Shown here: positions 54,627-64,000 of the stretch, one piece after another
Layout of the letters: every line of letters begins with the position of its first letter
Numbering within the stretch: the stretch's first letter is position 1
DNA from: an uncultured beta proteobacterium
GTDB taxonomy: Bacteria > Pseudomonadota > Gammaproteobacteria > Burkholderiales > Nitrosomonadaceae
DNA: 64,000 bases
NCBI GenBank assembly: GCA_963704605.1
Contig: OY969920.1
Coordinates: 1,458,191 to 1,522,190, forward strand
Direction: 5' to 3'
The notes under the pieces: generated by a model
Databases searched by the model: none
What the model was told of the DNA's origin: nothing
The model's input: only the letters and a program-made list of their open reading frames with translations
Made by a program: the position numbers and the translations under genes

Positions 54627-55649
54627 TTACAATGCGCGCAGACCTAGTTTGTCAAATAATGCCTGGTCTTTTTCGGTATCAGGATTACCGGTCGTCAGCA
54701 ACTTCTCGCCATAAAAAATGGAGTTCGCTCCGGCGAGAAAGCAAAGCGCTTGCACGGCCTCCGACATTTGCTGGCGGCCAGCGGAAAGTCGTACCATTGC
54801 TTTGGGCATAGTGATGCGTGCGGCCGCGATAGTACGCACAAATTCCAGTGGATCAAGTTCCGCTGTACCGTGCAAAGGAGTGCCTTCCACCTGAACCAGA
54901 TTGTTGATGGGCACGGATTCCGGGTAAGGATCGAGGTTAGCCAATTGCGCAATCAATCCCGCGCGGGCGGTGCGTGATTCCCCCATGCCGACGATCCCGC
55001 CACAACAGACATGAATATCCGCTTGGCGAACGGCTGTCAGGGTATCCAGGCGATCCTGATATTCTCGCGTGGTGATGATTTCCGAATAAAACTCCGGCGA
55101 AGTATCGAGATTGTGGTTGTAGTAATCGAGCCCAGCCTGTTTGAGTTGTTCTGCCTGTCCAGGTTTGAGAATACCTAGCGTTGCGCAGGTTTCCATATTC
55201 AGCGCCTTGACAGCTGCGATCATGGCGGTGACCTGTTCAATATCACGCTGTTTGGGTCCCCGCCAGGCGGCACCCATGCAAAAGCGTGTGGCGCCACTTG
55301 CCTTGGCTGCTGTTGCGGCGGCGACAACCTCGTCACACGATAACATTGCCTGGTTTTCCACACCGGTATGGTAGCGTGCCGCCTGTGGGCAGTAGGCACA
55401 GTCTTCTGAACATCCGCCGGTTTTAACAGATATTAGTGTCGATCGCTGTACCGCGTTGGCATCGTGATACTGACGGTGTACTGTCTGCGCCTGAAAGAGT
55501 AGATCCGCAAAGGGAAGGTCCAACAACTCCCGAATAGCCTCAATCTGCCATTTTTGGGGAACGGAGAATGGCGAGGTGTGCGGGTGGTGCTGTTTGGCTG
55601 ATTTTTCAGTGGTTGGATCTTTGCTGGTTTCCATGTTTTTGTTGCTCAT
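54627..55649 (-). CDS. bioB: Biotin synthase
   Basis: Radical-SAM [10 protein letters not shown], plus CMGAAWR, YNHNLDT and [10 protein letters not shown] motifs. Confidence 0.95.
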   Translation of the reverse strand: MSNKNMETSKDPTTEKSAKQHHPHTSPFSVPQKWQIEAIRELLDLPFADLLFQAQTVHRQYHDANAVQRSTLISVKTGGCSEDCAYCPQAARYHTGVENQAMLSCDEVVAAATAAKASGATRFCMGAAWRGPKQRDIEQVTAMIAAVKALNMETCATLGILKPGQAEQLKQAGLDYYNHNLDTSPEFYSEIITTREYQDRLDTLTAVRQADIHVCCGGIVGMGESRTARAGLIAQLANLDPYPESVPINNLVQVEGTPLHGTAELDPLEFVRTIAAARITMPKAMVRLSAGRQQMSEAVQALCFLAGANSIFYGEKLLTTGNPDTEKDQALFDKLGLRAL

Positions 55650-55673
55650 ATTGACAGGTTATAATCGGGCGAG

Positions 55674-55735
55674 CTTAGGGCTTGTTAATGAATAACCCCA
55701 GCGTATGCTATGGTTATTCATTAACAAGCCCTAAG
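55674..55735. promoter_or_regulatory. Perfect 24-bp-arm palindrome in the bioB/comF divergent intergenic region (candidate biotin operator)
   Basis: CTTAGGGCTTGTTAATGAATAACC-N14-GGTTATTCATTAACAAGCCCTAAG. The inner part, ATAACC-N14-GGTTAT, resembles the BirA operator layout (..AAACC-N~15-GGTTT..) as I recall it. Confidence 0.45.
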
Positions 55736-55749
55736 GATCATCACGGATA

Positions 55750-56481
55750 GTGTTTAGGTTGTCAAATAATTTCCATCAAATAATAAACAAATGTCTGGAT
55801 TTTAGGCATGTCTTGCGATCCAGGCAATGCGTACTATGTCTTGCGCCAAGTAGCGGTGGGCTTTGCAAGGCTTGTGATAGCAGTTTACCCAGATTGCCGG
55901 AGCAACATTGCTCCTCATGTCTGCTGCCCGTTACGTCGGCACGTATTTGTGGCGCTTGTTTACATAATCCTCCTGTCTGGACCGATGCTACTGCCGCGCT
56001 TCGTTATACTTTTCCGGCTGATGCCATGATTCAGGCCTTAAAATATCGCCCCGATCTGACTTTGGTGCCCGTTCTTGGGGAGTGTCTGCTTGCCGCTATT
56101 TCTCCTCTGCCTGTCTTGCCGGATTATATTATTCCGGTCCCTATTCATACAGCCAGATTACGCCAGAGAGGATTCAACCAGGCACTTGAGATCAGCCGTT
56201 ATCTATGCAGGAAAACAGGCGGTATACTGCTAAGTGATGCGTGCTCGCGTAACCGGAATACCCCGTCGCAGACGGAGTTGCCATGGAGGGAGAGGCATAA
56301 AAATGTCCGTGGTGCTTTTGTTTGTCAGCGGAATCTGGCCGGTAAACATATCGCAATCGTGGATGATGTCATGACTAGTGGCGCGACTCTGAATGAATTG
56401 TCGAAGGTGTTGAAGCGTCAGGGAGCGACTTTTATCAGCATCTGGGTGGTTGCGAGGGCTATTCCAAAGAGACTTATTTGA
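55750..56481 (+). CDS. comF: ComF-family protein (phosphoribosyltransferase-like)
   Basis: N-terminal Cys-rich zinc-finger-like region (C..C...C..C), GFNQA, and the PRTase motif IAIVDDVMTSGATL. Confidence 0.8.
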   Translation: MFRLSNNFHQIINKCLDFRHVLRSRQCVLCLAPSSGGLCKACDSSLPRLPEQHCSSCLLPVTSARICGACLHNPPVWTDATAALRYTFPADAMIQALKYRPDLTLVPVLGECLLAAISPLPVLPDYIIPVPIHTARLRQRGFNQALEISRYLCRKTGGILLSDACSRNRNTPSQTELPWRERHKNVRGAFVCQRNLAGKHIAIVDDVMTSGATLNELSKVLKRQGATFISIWVVARAIPKRLI

Positions 56482-56498
56482 AGATTTCAGATGGTTTT

Positions 56499-56975
56499 AT
56501 GATCGACATTATTTTATATCAACCCGAAATCCCGCCTAATACTGGCAATATCATTCGCTTGTGTGCCAATAGCGGCGCACACTTGCATCTGATCAGCCCG
56601 TTAGGGTTCAAGCTCGACGACAAGCAGTTGAAGCGTGCTGGTCTTGATTACCATGAACAGGCTTGTATGAAGGTTCACGACAGTCTTGCTGCCTGCCTGG
56701 ATAACATGGGCAATCGTCGAATTTTTGCGGTAACCACCAAAGCAAGTCAGCTTTATAGCGAAGTAATCTATGAGGGAGACGATATCTTTCTGTTTGGCTC
56801 GGAGAGCCGTGGATTGCCGATGGAAGTTTTGCAACGTTTTGCCACTAAACAGAAAATCCGTATTCCCATGTTGCCTGCAAGTCGTAGTTTGAATCTTTCC
56901 AATGCGGTTGCCATCATCGTTTATGAAGCCTGGCGACAGATCGGCTTCAGTAACGATGATGGCGGTGGTGTCTGA
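56499..56975 (+). CDS. trmL: tRNA (cytidine/uridine-2'-O)-methyltransferase TrmL
   Basis: IILYQPEIPPNTGNIIRLCANSGAHLHLI..LGF..DDKQLKRAGLDYH and IRIPM.P.SRSLNLSNAVAIIVYEAWRQ are near-collinear with E. coli TrmL (YibK). Confidence 0.9.
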   Translation: MIDIILYQPEIPPNTGNIIRLCANSGAHLHLISPLGFKLDDKQLKRAGLDYHEQACMKVHDSLAACLDNMGNRRIFAVTTKASQLYSEVIYEGDDIFLFGSESRGLPMEVLQRFATKQKIRIPMLPASRSLNLSNAVAIIVYEAWRQIGFSNDDGGGV

Positions 56976-56992
56976 TACTTCCCAGGATTCTT

Positions 56993-59146
56993 CTAGTAAT
57001 TCAACGCAGAGCGAATGCTGTCGCTAAGGGTATCATTCAAGATCCTTGGAGTGACAAAAATCAGCAACTCACGCTTGTCATTACGTGAGGCTTTATTACG
57101 GAACATATACCCCAATACCGGTACATCTGCTAAAAATGGCACGCGGTTACGATCCGTTTTTTCCGTTTGCTCGAAAATACCACCAATCACAACCGTTCCA
57201 CCGTTTTCTACCAGTACTTCGGTGGCGATCTGTTTGGTATTGATTGCCGGACCAGCAGGCGTGTTTTCACCACGAGTATCCTGATTAATCTGCAATTTCA
57301 TGATGATATTATCGTCAGGTGTGATTTGTGGGGTAACTCTCAGACCCAGTACCGCTTTTTTGAACTGAATCTGCGGGCGCGTTGCGCTGATGATCTGGAA
57401 AGGTATTTCGGTACCTTGCTCAATGCTGGCTTCTACCCGGTTAGCTGTCACCAGACGCGGACTGGCGATGATACGACCTTTGCTGTCGGATTCAAGTGCA
57501 GATAATTCCAGATTAATCAGCGTGCCGTTGTTGATCTTGATCAGACTCAAGCCCAGTGCTGCTGGGCCACCCGCTGCTCCTGCCAATGCTGCAGCAGGCA
57601 GATTGACGTTGAGATTATCTCCACCTCTTGGGCTGGAGCCTGCAGCCAGTCCGCTGGAGTTATCGAGATTACCGGATAATCCCAGTCTGCGATCACCGAT
57701 ACGAGTGGCATTTTGCAGGCCAAAGCGGGCACCAAGATTACGAGCGAAAGTATCAGTTGCCTCGACAATGCGCGTTTCAATCATGACCTGGCGTACCTGG
57801 GTGTCGAGATTGGCGATATGTTTGGCTACTTCGGATAATCTAACCGGAATATCTGTGATAGTCAGCGTGTTGCTAATATCATCTACCTCAATAGTCCCCC
57901 GCTGGCTCATGATACCTTTGAGTGCAATTGAGCTTGCGGTACGGTAATTAAGCTTAAATGTTTCAGTCTGTAAAACTTCCAGTTCCGAAATTTGCTGCTG
58001 TTGCTCCAGCTGTAATTTTTCTCTCGCGGCCATTTCTTCCCTGGGCGCAACGAAGATAACGTTCCCGGCTCTACGTTTATCGAGATCATGGTTTTGTAGC
58101 ACAATATCCAGTGCTTGATCCCAGGGAACATTTTTCAGCCGTATGGTGAGATTTCCTTTGACGGAATCACTGGCGATAATATTCAGATTGGTAAAATCGG
58201 CAATCACCTGTAAAACAGCTCGGATCTCAACATCCTGAAAATTCAGTGACAGCTTTTCGCCTGTATACCCTCCGCTCGCAAGTTTCTTTTGAACTGGCAT
58301 CGTTTCACCACTGGCAACTGATCGGATATCCAGTACGAAACTCGTTCCAGATTGGAAGGCGGAGTGTTCCCAATCACCTTGGGGTTCCACTAGCATACTG
58401 ACGCGATCTCTATCCGCGCGGGTTTCTATGATACGAACCGGTGTGCCAAAATCAGCGACATCAAGCCGCTTTTTCAGATTGGATGGCAGGTAGGCGTGCA
58501 TAAATTCGATATGGAGCTTGTTGCCCTGCCGACGTACATCAATTACCGTGCCTGGCTGGGATAAATCCACTCTGATCTGTCCTTCTCCTTGCGTGCCACG
58601 GCGAAAATCCAGATCAACCAGACTGAGTCTGGCTTGCTGCTGATTGAGGTTCTGGGGAGTGATCAGCGGCTGGCTGGGCGCATTTTTGGTTGAGCGCGTA
58701 GCCCCCGTAAGCGTAACCAGGAGATAATTACCGTCTATTTTCGCTTCATGGCTGGCGACTTCGTGTAAATTCATAACCAGACGGGTACGGCTTTCCGTTT
58801 TGGCTAACTGGATATCGCGCAGCACACCTTGACCCGTTACGCCGTCAGGATTTTCAATTGTGCTGTCTACTCCGGTTAAATCAAAATAGAGGCGAGCGGG
58901 ATTATCCAGCATGACACCTGTTGGTGGAGAGGCAAGTGGTTGGTCAAAGGTTATTTTGGCGATGACCGATCCATTTGCGTCTGTTGTGATATTCATGGCA
59001 CGAATGGTGTTTTGTGCCAAAGGTTTAATAGCTGCTTTTGCCGGAAAAACTATTATGGCAACTAAAAGTGGCAATAAATAAAAAGCCAGCCGGTGAATTT
59101 CTGCTTGATTTCGCATAGACCATCTTGTTAAGTTAAATTTGTTCAT
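56993..59146 (-). CDS. pilQ: Type IV pilus secretin
   Basis: 717 aa with AMIN-like N-terminal repeats and a secretin C-terminus (VPFLADVPVLGYMFRNKASRNDKRELLIFVTPRIL). Last gene of pilMNOPQ. Confidence 0.9.
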   Translation of the reverse strand: MNKFNLTRWSMRNQAEIHRLAFYLLPLLVAIIVFPAKAAIKPLAQNTIRAMNITTDANGSVIAKITFDQPLASPPTGVMLDNPARLYFDLTGVDSTIENPDGVTGQGVLRDIQLAKTESRTRLVMNLHEVASHEAKIDGNYLLVTLTGATRSTKNAPSQPLITPQNLNQQQARLSLVDLDFRRGTQGEGQIRVDLSQPGTVIDVRRQGNKLHIEFMHAYLPSNLKKRLDVADFGTPVRIIETRADRDRVSMLVEPQGDWEHSAFQSGTSFVLDIRSVASGETMPVQKKLASGGYTGEKLSLNFQDVEIRAVLQVIADFTNLNIIASDSVKGNLTIRLKNVPWDQALDIVLQNHDLDKRRAGNVIFVAPREEMAAREKLQLEQQQQISELEVLQTETFKLNYRTASSIALKGIMSQRGTIEVDDISNTLTITDIPVRLSEVAKHIANLDTQVRQVMIETRIVEATDTFARNLGARFGLQNATRIGDRRLGLSGNLDNSSGLAAGSSPRGGDNLNVNLPAAALAGAAGGPAALGLSLIKINNGTLINLELSALESDSKGRIIASPRLVTANRVEASIEQGTEIPFQIISATRPQIQFKKAVLGLRVTPQITPDDNIIMKLQINQDTRGENTPAGPAINTKQIATEVLVENGGTVVIGGIFEQTEKTDRNRVPFLADVPVLGYMFRNKASRNDKRELLIFVTPRILNDTLSDSIRSALNY

Positions 59147-59673
59147 TTTCTTGACTCCTGAGATTGCAGCCTGAGGGTGCCAGCCTGTTCGACCCAGGCA
59201 TTGCCACTTTCCTGAATCATTTCTTTCAAGGTAATGTTTTCCTCAGAAATGGCGGTGATTAATCCAAAATTGTGTCCGAGATAATTGCCGTTCTTAACCC
59301 GATGTACGGTATTGTCAGGTGTCCTGACCAGAGCATAGATATGCTGGCCGCGCTGTAATGTCCCAACCATGGATAAGTTTTCCAGCGCGTAATTTTCCAG
59401 GGCTTCCTTCTGGCGCTTTAGATCTGGTTTAAGCTCATTTCGGCTGGTATTGTCCTGCTTGCTTTTGCTTACGCTGAAGGGCTCTGGAATCTCAAAAGCC
59501 TGATAAACAAACTTCTGTAGTGGCAGAATTTCTGGTAGTGGATCCACTTTCCCCTGCATTCCGGCACCAGCATTTTTGACAAATTCCTGTAAATCTTCAT
59601 GTTCGCCATCGGCACAAGCCGATAACAAGCCAGTTAAGGCTATGAATAGCCAAAATTGATGGGTTTTGTTCAT
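59143..59673 (-). CDS. pilP: Type IV pilus lipoprotein PilP
   Basis: Lipobox LLSAC, 176 aa, positioned between pilO and pilQ with 4-nt overlaps. Confidence 0.8.
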   Translation of the reverse strand: MNKTHQFWLFIALTGLLSACADGEHEDLQEFVKNAGAGMQGKVDPLPEILPLQKFVYQAFEIPEPFSVSKSKQDNTSRNELKPDLKRQKEALENYALENLSMVGTLQRGQHIYALVRTPDNTVHRVKNGNYLGHNFGLITAISEENITLKEMIQESGNAWVEQAGTLRLQSQESRK

Positions 59674-60284
59674 TTTGCTCCTTGCGATTGGTTACTGATT
59701 TCTTCCTCATCGAGATAACGAAAAGTTTTGGCGATGGCATTGAGCACTAGCTGGCGATCCGCTGTCGGAGTAATCTCCATGTTATGCAAAGTTACGATGC
59801 GCGGTAATTGGGCAACATCGCTGGCAAACGCGCCAATATCGTGATAGTTGCCGGTGACACGTACCGAAACTGGCAGCTCGGCATAAAATTCACGTATGGT
59901 TTCCGTGGTTGCTGGCTTGAATAGTTCAAATTGCAAGCCTCGTCCAAGCCCAGCGCGGTTGATATCTACCAGCAAAGCGTCCAATTGGGATTTATCTGGC
60001 AATTGCTTTAGCAATGTGCCCAATGATTGTTCAATCTCTGCAGATTGCAAACGCAGCGCATCGAGATTGATGGCGCTTGCTTTTTTGACGAGATAGGTTT
60101 GCTTGAGCGTGGCTTCCTCCGTTTTCGCTTGTTCCAGTATTTCCCACTGCTCTTGCCAGTCCAAAAAATAGCTGGACAGCATAATAACTATCAATAAGAG
60201 CGCCAAAGAGCCCGCTTTGACCGGAGTTGGCCAGCTGCCAGGGTCATTGGGGTTGGTGTGACGCAATTCTTCTAATATATTCAC
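59670..60284 (-). CDS. pilO: Type IV pilus assembly protein PilO
   Basis: Single TM then coiled coil, plus operon position. Confidence 0.8.
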   Translation of the reverse strand: MNILEELRHTNPNDPGSWPTPVKAGSLALLLIVIMLSSYFLDWQEQWEILEQAKTEEATLKQTYLVKKASAINLDALRLQSAEIEQSLGTLLKQLPDKSQLDALLVDINRAGLGRGLQFELFKPATTETIREFYAELPVSVRVTGNYHDIGAFASDVAQLPRIVTLHNMEITPTADRQLVLNAIAKTFRYLDEEEISNQSQGAK

Positions 60285-60883
60285 AGTGGTTCTCCCGCTT
60301 TGTTGGCAATTGTGACGGCTTCATCTGCTTTTTCCTCTTTCGGTATCTCGGAAAGTCTGACATTCAGGTCAAACTCGTTGAGCCGTTTACTATCGATAGT
60401 TGCTGCCTTGATTTCGATGAGTAAAGGTGATTCAAGCCAGGGGGAAGCATCCAGATTACGCATCAGCGTGGATACCCAGGCATTGGACTGGGCATATCCA
60501 GAAAGATGGAGATGTTGCTCGGTTTGTTTGAAACTCTTCAGATAAACGCCATCCGGGATGCGTCGCGCAACTTGATCAAGCATATGCACGACCTTGACGC
60601 GATCCGCCTGCAGCGATTCAACGATCTGTTTGCGGGAAACCAGTTGCTGTATTTTTTCCCTGATCGTCTTGATTTCAGCAATCTGTAGATCCAGCAGCCT
60701 GATTTCATCCTGCAAATACTGGTTGCGTGCCTGCTGTACCGTGATTTTTTCCAGCACCATTTCATGCACGCCCCAGGCAATTAGCATGCCGAGTGCAGCT
60801 GTCATACCAGCCAGCACAGAAAACTGCTGCTGACGCGCTTTGCGTTTCAGTTCCCGATGGGGTAGTAAATTGATACGTATCAT
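60281..60883 (-). CDS. pilN: Type IV pilus assembly protein PilN
   Basis: MIRINLLPHRE N-terminus (conserved INLLP motif), a single TM and a coiled coil. Confidence 0.85.
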   Translation of the reverse strand: MIRINLLPHRELKRKARQQQFSVLAGMTAALGMLIAWGVHEMVLEKITVQQARNQYLQDEIRLLDLQIAEIKTIREKIQQLVSRKQIVESLQADRVKVVHMLDQVARRIPDGVYLKSFKQTEQHLHLSGYAQSNAWVSTLMRNLDASPWLESPLLIEIKAATIDSKRLNEFDLNVRLSEIPKEEKADEAVTIANKAGEPL

Positions 60884-60885
60884 GT

Positions 60886-62019
60886 TTAGTCAAATCCTCG
60901 CATGGCCAGCCCGCAGGCAATCAATAAAATCGGTGCATCTTCTTGTAACTGTCTGGATGAAATCCTTTTGGAGAGAGACATGTCAGCAAAAGGATTGATC
61001 ACCTGTGTAATTACTTCTGTACGTTTTGAAACGATTTCTTCCAAACGTGGAATGGTTGCGCAACCTCCGGAGAGAAAAATATGATCCACTTGCGCAAATT
61101 GCGTGGATGTGAAAAAGAATTGCAATGCGCGTGATACTTCCAGTGCGATAGTCTCCCGGAAAGGTTGCAGCACATCTGTTTCGTAGTTTTCGGGTAAGGT
61201 GCCTTTGCGCTTTGCGGTTTCGGCTTCTTCTGCAGAAAGATTGAATTGGTTCTGTATTTCCTGGGTCAATTGATTGCCGCCAAATGACTGGTCACGCATA
61301 TAAATGGATTCATCATTGAAGAGCACATTGATCCTGGTATTGCTTGAACCAATGTCTACCAGTGCTACTACCTTGTCTTTGCCACCATCTGGCAGTTGAC
61401 TGCTGATAATCCGCGAAACAATGGATTGGGCGACAAACTGTTCAACATCCATGACGGTGACTTTGAGACCTGCGGTAGCCGCTGCGGCGACACGATCTTC
61501 AACCTTGTCTTTACGGGCAGCGGCAATCAATACTTCGGTTTCCTCGGGGTGATCGGCGATTTCGCCAATCACCTGAAAATCAAGATTGACTTCATCGATG
61601 GCAAATGGCAGATACTGATTGGCCTCGGTTTCTACCTGAAAAACAAGATCTTCCTCGCGCAATCCCGTGGCCACACTAATCTTTTTGGTCACAACGGAAG
61701 CTGAAGGTAACGCCAGGGAAATATTTTTTTGCCGGGAGCTCATTCTTTTCCAGGCACGTAGCAGACATTCGCCCACCTGGTCCAGATGGTTGATATTGCC
61801 GTCAAGAATGGCTTCAGCTGGCATGGGTTCAACCGCATAACTTTCCAGTCGCAGTGCATGCTCATCCTTGCCTAGCTTACTGAGCTCCACCATTTTGACG
61901 GAAGATGCACTGATATCGACACCAATTAACCGGGAACCGCTGGAAAACAGATTGATATCAAAATTGATATTTGGTAGTTTGAATAGAGATTTACTACTTA
62001 AAGCCATATCTAGTTTCAT
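60886..62019 (-). CDS. pilM: Type IV pilus assembly ATPase-fold protein PilM
   Basis: Actin-like fold (IGVDISASSVKMVELS ... IFLSGGCA). The start may be the Met at 62007. It is divergent from mrcA, as in many beta/gammaproteobacteria. Confidence 0.85.
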   Translation of the reverse strand: MKLDMALSSKSLFKLPNINFDINLFSSGSRLIGVDISASSVKMVELSKLGKDEHALRLESYAVEPMPAEAILDGNINHLDQVGECLLRAWKRMSSRQKNISLALPSASVVTKKISVATGLREEDLVFQVETEANQYLPFAIDEVNLDFQVIGEIADHPEETEVLIAAARKDKVEDRVAAAATAGLKVTVMDVEQFVAQSIVSRIISSQLPDGGKDKVVALVDIGSSNTRINVLFNDESIYMRDQSFGGNQLTQEIQNQFNLSAEEAETAKRKGTLPENYETDVLQPFRETIALEVSRALQFFFTSTQFAQVDHIFLSGGCATIPRLEEIVSKRTEVITQVINPFADMSLSKRISSRQLQEDAPILLIACGLAMRGFD

Positions 62020-62246
62020 GTTGCTTCTGTCTCCATTTGTGCCTGATTGTGCTTGATCAAAAGGTATCTCAATAAATCGGTTTGCTTGCTTGTGACTTTT
62101 TCCTGTTGAGCAAAATTTACCGGTAAGTTAATTAGGCCGAATTCTGACAGATGCTCTGGCGAGTTAATTTGTGTAATAACCACTGATATACCCTTTATAA
62201 TTCAGCAATAAATTTTTGCAACGCCACCTAACTAACCTCTCTTTTA

Positions 62247-64000
62247 ATGCTGCTACGCTGGTTTTTCCGTTCTGTTCTGGCTGTACTGGCCTTGGGTCTA
62301 ATTGCTATTTTGTTGCTGGTTTTTGCCGCACTGGTGACATTGCCGAGCTTGCCGTCACTGGATACGATTACCAATTACCGCCCGCAAATACCTTTGCGTA
62401 TCTATAGTGCGGAAGGATTGCTGATTGGTGAGTTTGGCGAGGAACGCCGTGATTTTGTCAAAATTGATGCGGTGCCTGCTTCCCTGAAACAGGCTATTCT
62501 GGCAGCAGAAGACGACCGCTTTTATCAGCACTATGGTGTTGACTTCATTGGCGTGTTACGCGCGATCCACTCCAACTTTACCGCTGGTGGTATCCGCCAG
62601 GGTGCCAGCACCATTACCATGCAGGTGGCGCGTAATTTTTTCCTGACCAAGGAAAAAACCATGACACGCAAATTCAGCGAGGCTTTGCTGGCATTTAAAA
62701 TAGAGCATTCTCTCGGCAAGGATCGTATTCTTGAGCTCTACATTAATCAGATCTACCTGGGGCAGCGTAGCTACGGTTTCTCCGCAGCAGCCAGAATCTA
62801 TTTTGGAAAACCCCTTTCGCGTATCAATTTAGCGGAAGCGGCAATGTTGGCGGGGCTTCCCAAAGCGCCTTCTCTCTATAATCCCGTGACTGATTTCAAG
62901 CGTGCGCAGGGTCGGCAGCAATATGTCCTGAATCGCATGCATGATCTGGGAATGATTTCTGCTAATGAATTGAAACTGGCAAAGCAGACCACAATTGCCC
63001 TGTATCGCCCGGTAAAGGTTTTTGACATGCCAGCGGATTATGTGGCGGAAATGGTGCGTCAGGTAGTTTATCAGCGCTATCAGGAGGAGGCCTATACACG
63101 CGGCTTTAAGGTTTATACGACTATCACGAAGCTTGATCAGGAGGCGGCCTATCATGCCTTGCGTAAAGGTGTGCTGGATTATGATGAGCGCCATGGTTAT
63201 CGGGGGGTGGAAGCATTCTTGGGCTTACCCAGATCAGTTGAACAGCTCAAAGAACTGCTAAGCAGATTCAATAATCATGATGACCTGCTGGCCGCATTAG
63301 TATTGACTGTTAGCAGTAGCACCATCGAAGCTATGCTCAAAAGCGGGGAAACGGTTAAACTGGCTGGCAGCAATCTGAAATTTGTGCAGAACTATTTGAG
63401 TAATGATCCTAAAATTTCAGAGAAGCGGATTCGCCCGGGCGCTCTGATTCGTTTAAAGAAAACTGAAAAGGGTGAGTGGAAAATCTCACAGATTCCAGAA
63501 GTGGAAGCTGCATTGGTTGCCATGGATCCCAACGATGGTGCAATCCGTGCGCTGGTGGGGGGGTTCGATTTTGGGCTGAATATGTTCAATCATGTGACGC
63601 AAGCCTGGCGGCAACCGGGGTCTAGTTTTAAACCTTTTATTTATTCGGCATCGCTTGAGAAGGGATTCACGGTGGCTACCATCATCAACGATGCGCCGTT
63701 GTTTCTGGGGCGCGATCAAACAGGCGGCAAGCCCTGGGAGCCTAAAAATTTTGATGGTAAATTCAGCGGGCCGATCAGAATGCGTACTGCGTTGACGCAT
63801 TCAAAAAATCTGGCATCCGTGCGTATCCTGCAATCTATCGGCCCGCGTTATGCGCAGGACTATATCAAACGTTTTGGTTTCGATGAAAGCAAACATGCGC
63901 CGGTGCTGCCGATGGCGCTGGGTGCGGGTTCGGTGACGCCAATGCAGATGGCTGCTGGTTATGCCATTTTTGCAAATGGCGGTTACCAGGTACATCCCTA
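62247..64000 (+). CDS. mrcA: Penicillin-binding protein 1A (3' end runs off the window; absent from the ORF track)
   Basis: My own translation from the ATG at 62247 gives MLLRWFFRSVLAVLALGLIA... The glycosyltransferase motifs are AAEDDRFYQHYGVD, GASTITMQVARNFFL and RKFSEALLAFKIE. The transpeptidase SSFKPFIY (SxxK) motif is also present. There is no stop to the window end. Confidence 0.9.
   Translation, partial: MLLRWFFRSVLAVLALGLIAILLLVFAALVTLPSLPSLDTITNYRPQIPLRIYSAEGLLIGEFGEERRDFVKIDAVPASLKQAILAAEDDRFYQHYGVDFIGVLRAIHSNFTAGGIRQGASTITMQVARNFFLTKEKTMTRKFSEALLAFKIEHSLGKDRILELYINQIYLGQRSYGFSAAARIYFGKPLSRINLAEAAMLAGLPKAPSLYNPVTDFKRAQGRQQYVLNRMHDLGMISANELKLAKQTTIALYRPVKVFDMPADYVAEMVRQVVYQRYQEEAYTRGFKVYTTITKLDQEAAYHALRKGVLDYDERHGYRGVEAFLGLPRSVEQLKELLSRFNNHDDLLAALVLTVSSSTIEAMLKSGETVKLAGSNLKFVQNYLSNDPKISEKRIRPGALIRLKKTEKGEWKISQIPEVEAALVAMDPNDGAIRALVGGFDFGLNMFNHVTQAWRQPGSSFKPFIYSASLEKGFTVATIINDAPLFLGRDQTGGKPWEPKNFDGKFSGPIRMRTALTHSKNLASVRILQSIGPRYAQDYIKRFGFDESKHAPVLPMALGAGSVTPMQMAAGYAIFANGGYQVHP

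Overview
This 64-kb chromosomal window looks proteobacterial. My guess is a betaproteobacterium, possibly a nitrosomonad, but I cannot verify that from the sequence alone. Most of it is core operons: hemP plus a DUF2325-like gene behind a Fur-box-like site, a UT-family urea transporter, yicC, a Tim44-like protein, nudF, nfeD-SPFH, a GAF-domain GspE/PilB-like ATPase coupled to a class II cyclic-nucleotide phosphodiesterase, pgaABCD, an alpha-carbonic anhydrase, a P-type ATPase, ribD, two XrtA/PEP-CTERM-type GT4 glycosyltransferases with a CapK/PaaK-like ligase and aroB, a cytochrome c, an 8-gene Mrp-type antiporter cluster, a patatin-like lipase, pip, bioBFHCD, comF, trmL, pilMNOPQ and the 5' part of mrcA. 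The one clearly accessory segment is about 30.6-40.06 kb. It holds a decayed IS630-family transposase gene that abuts a six-gene, same-strand type I R-M operon: hsdR, KilA-N, GxxExxY PD-(D/E)XK, a fused hsdM-hsdS, a DUF3644-like gene, and a frameshifted and truncated gene. Imperfect 28-nt direct repeats bound this operon. The most unusual signals are in this segment. First, an ~88-nt palindromic element occurs once just behind the GxxExxY gene and once in frame inside the hsdM-S ORF, as a 129-bp insertion with 9-bp flanking direct repeats. Second, two consecutive R-x4-H (HEPN-like) proteins sit at the operon tail and are a candidate uncharacterised R-M-linked module. Elsewhere I see a 143/182-bp MITE-like repeat in two copies, an 8-bp x6 tandem repeat, and a perfect 24-bp-arm palindrome between bioB and comF. 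I saw no rRNA, tRNA or CRISPR array. All homology calls come from reading the translations by eye; no searches were run.
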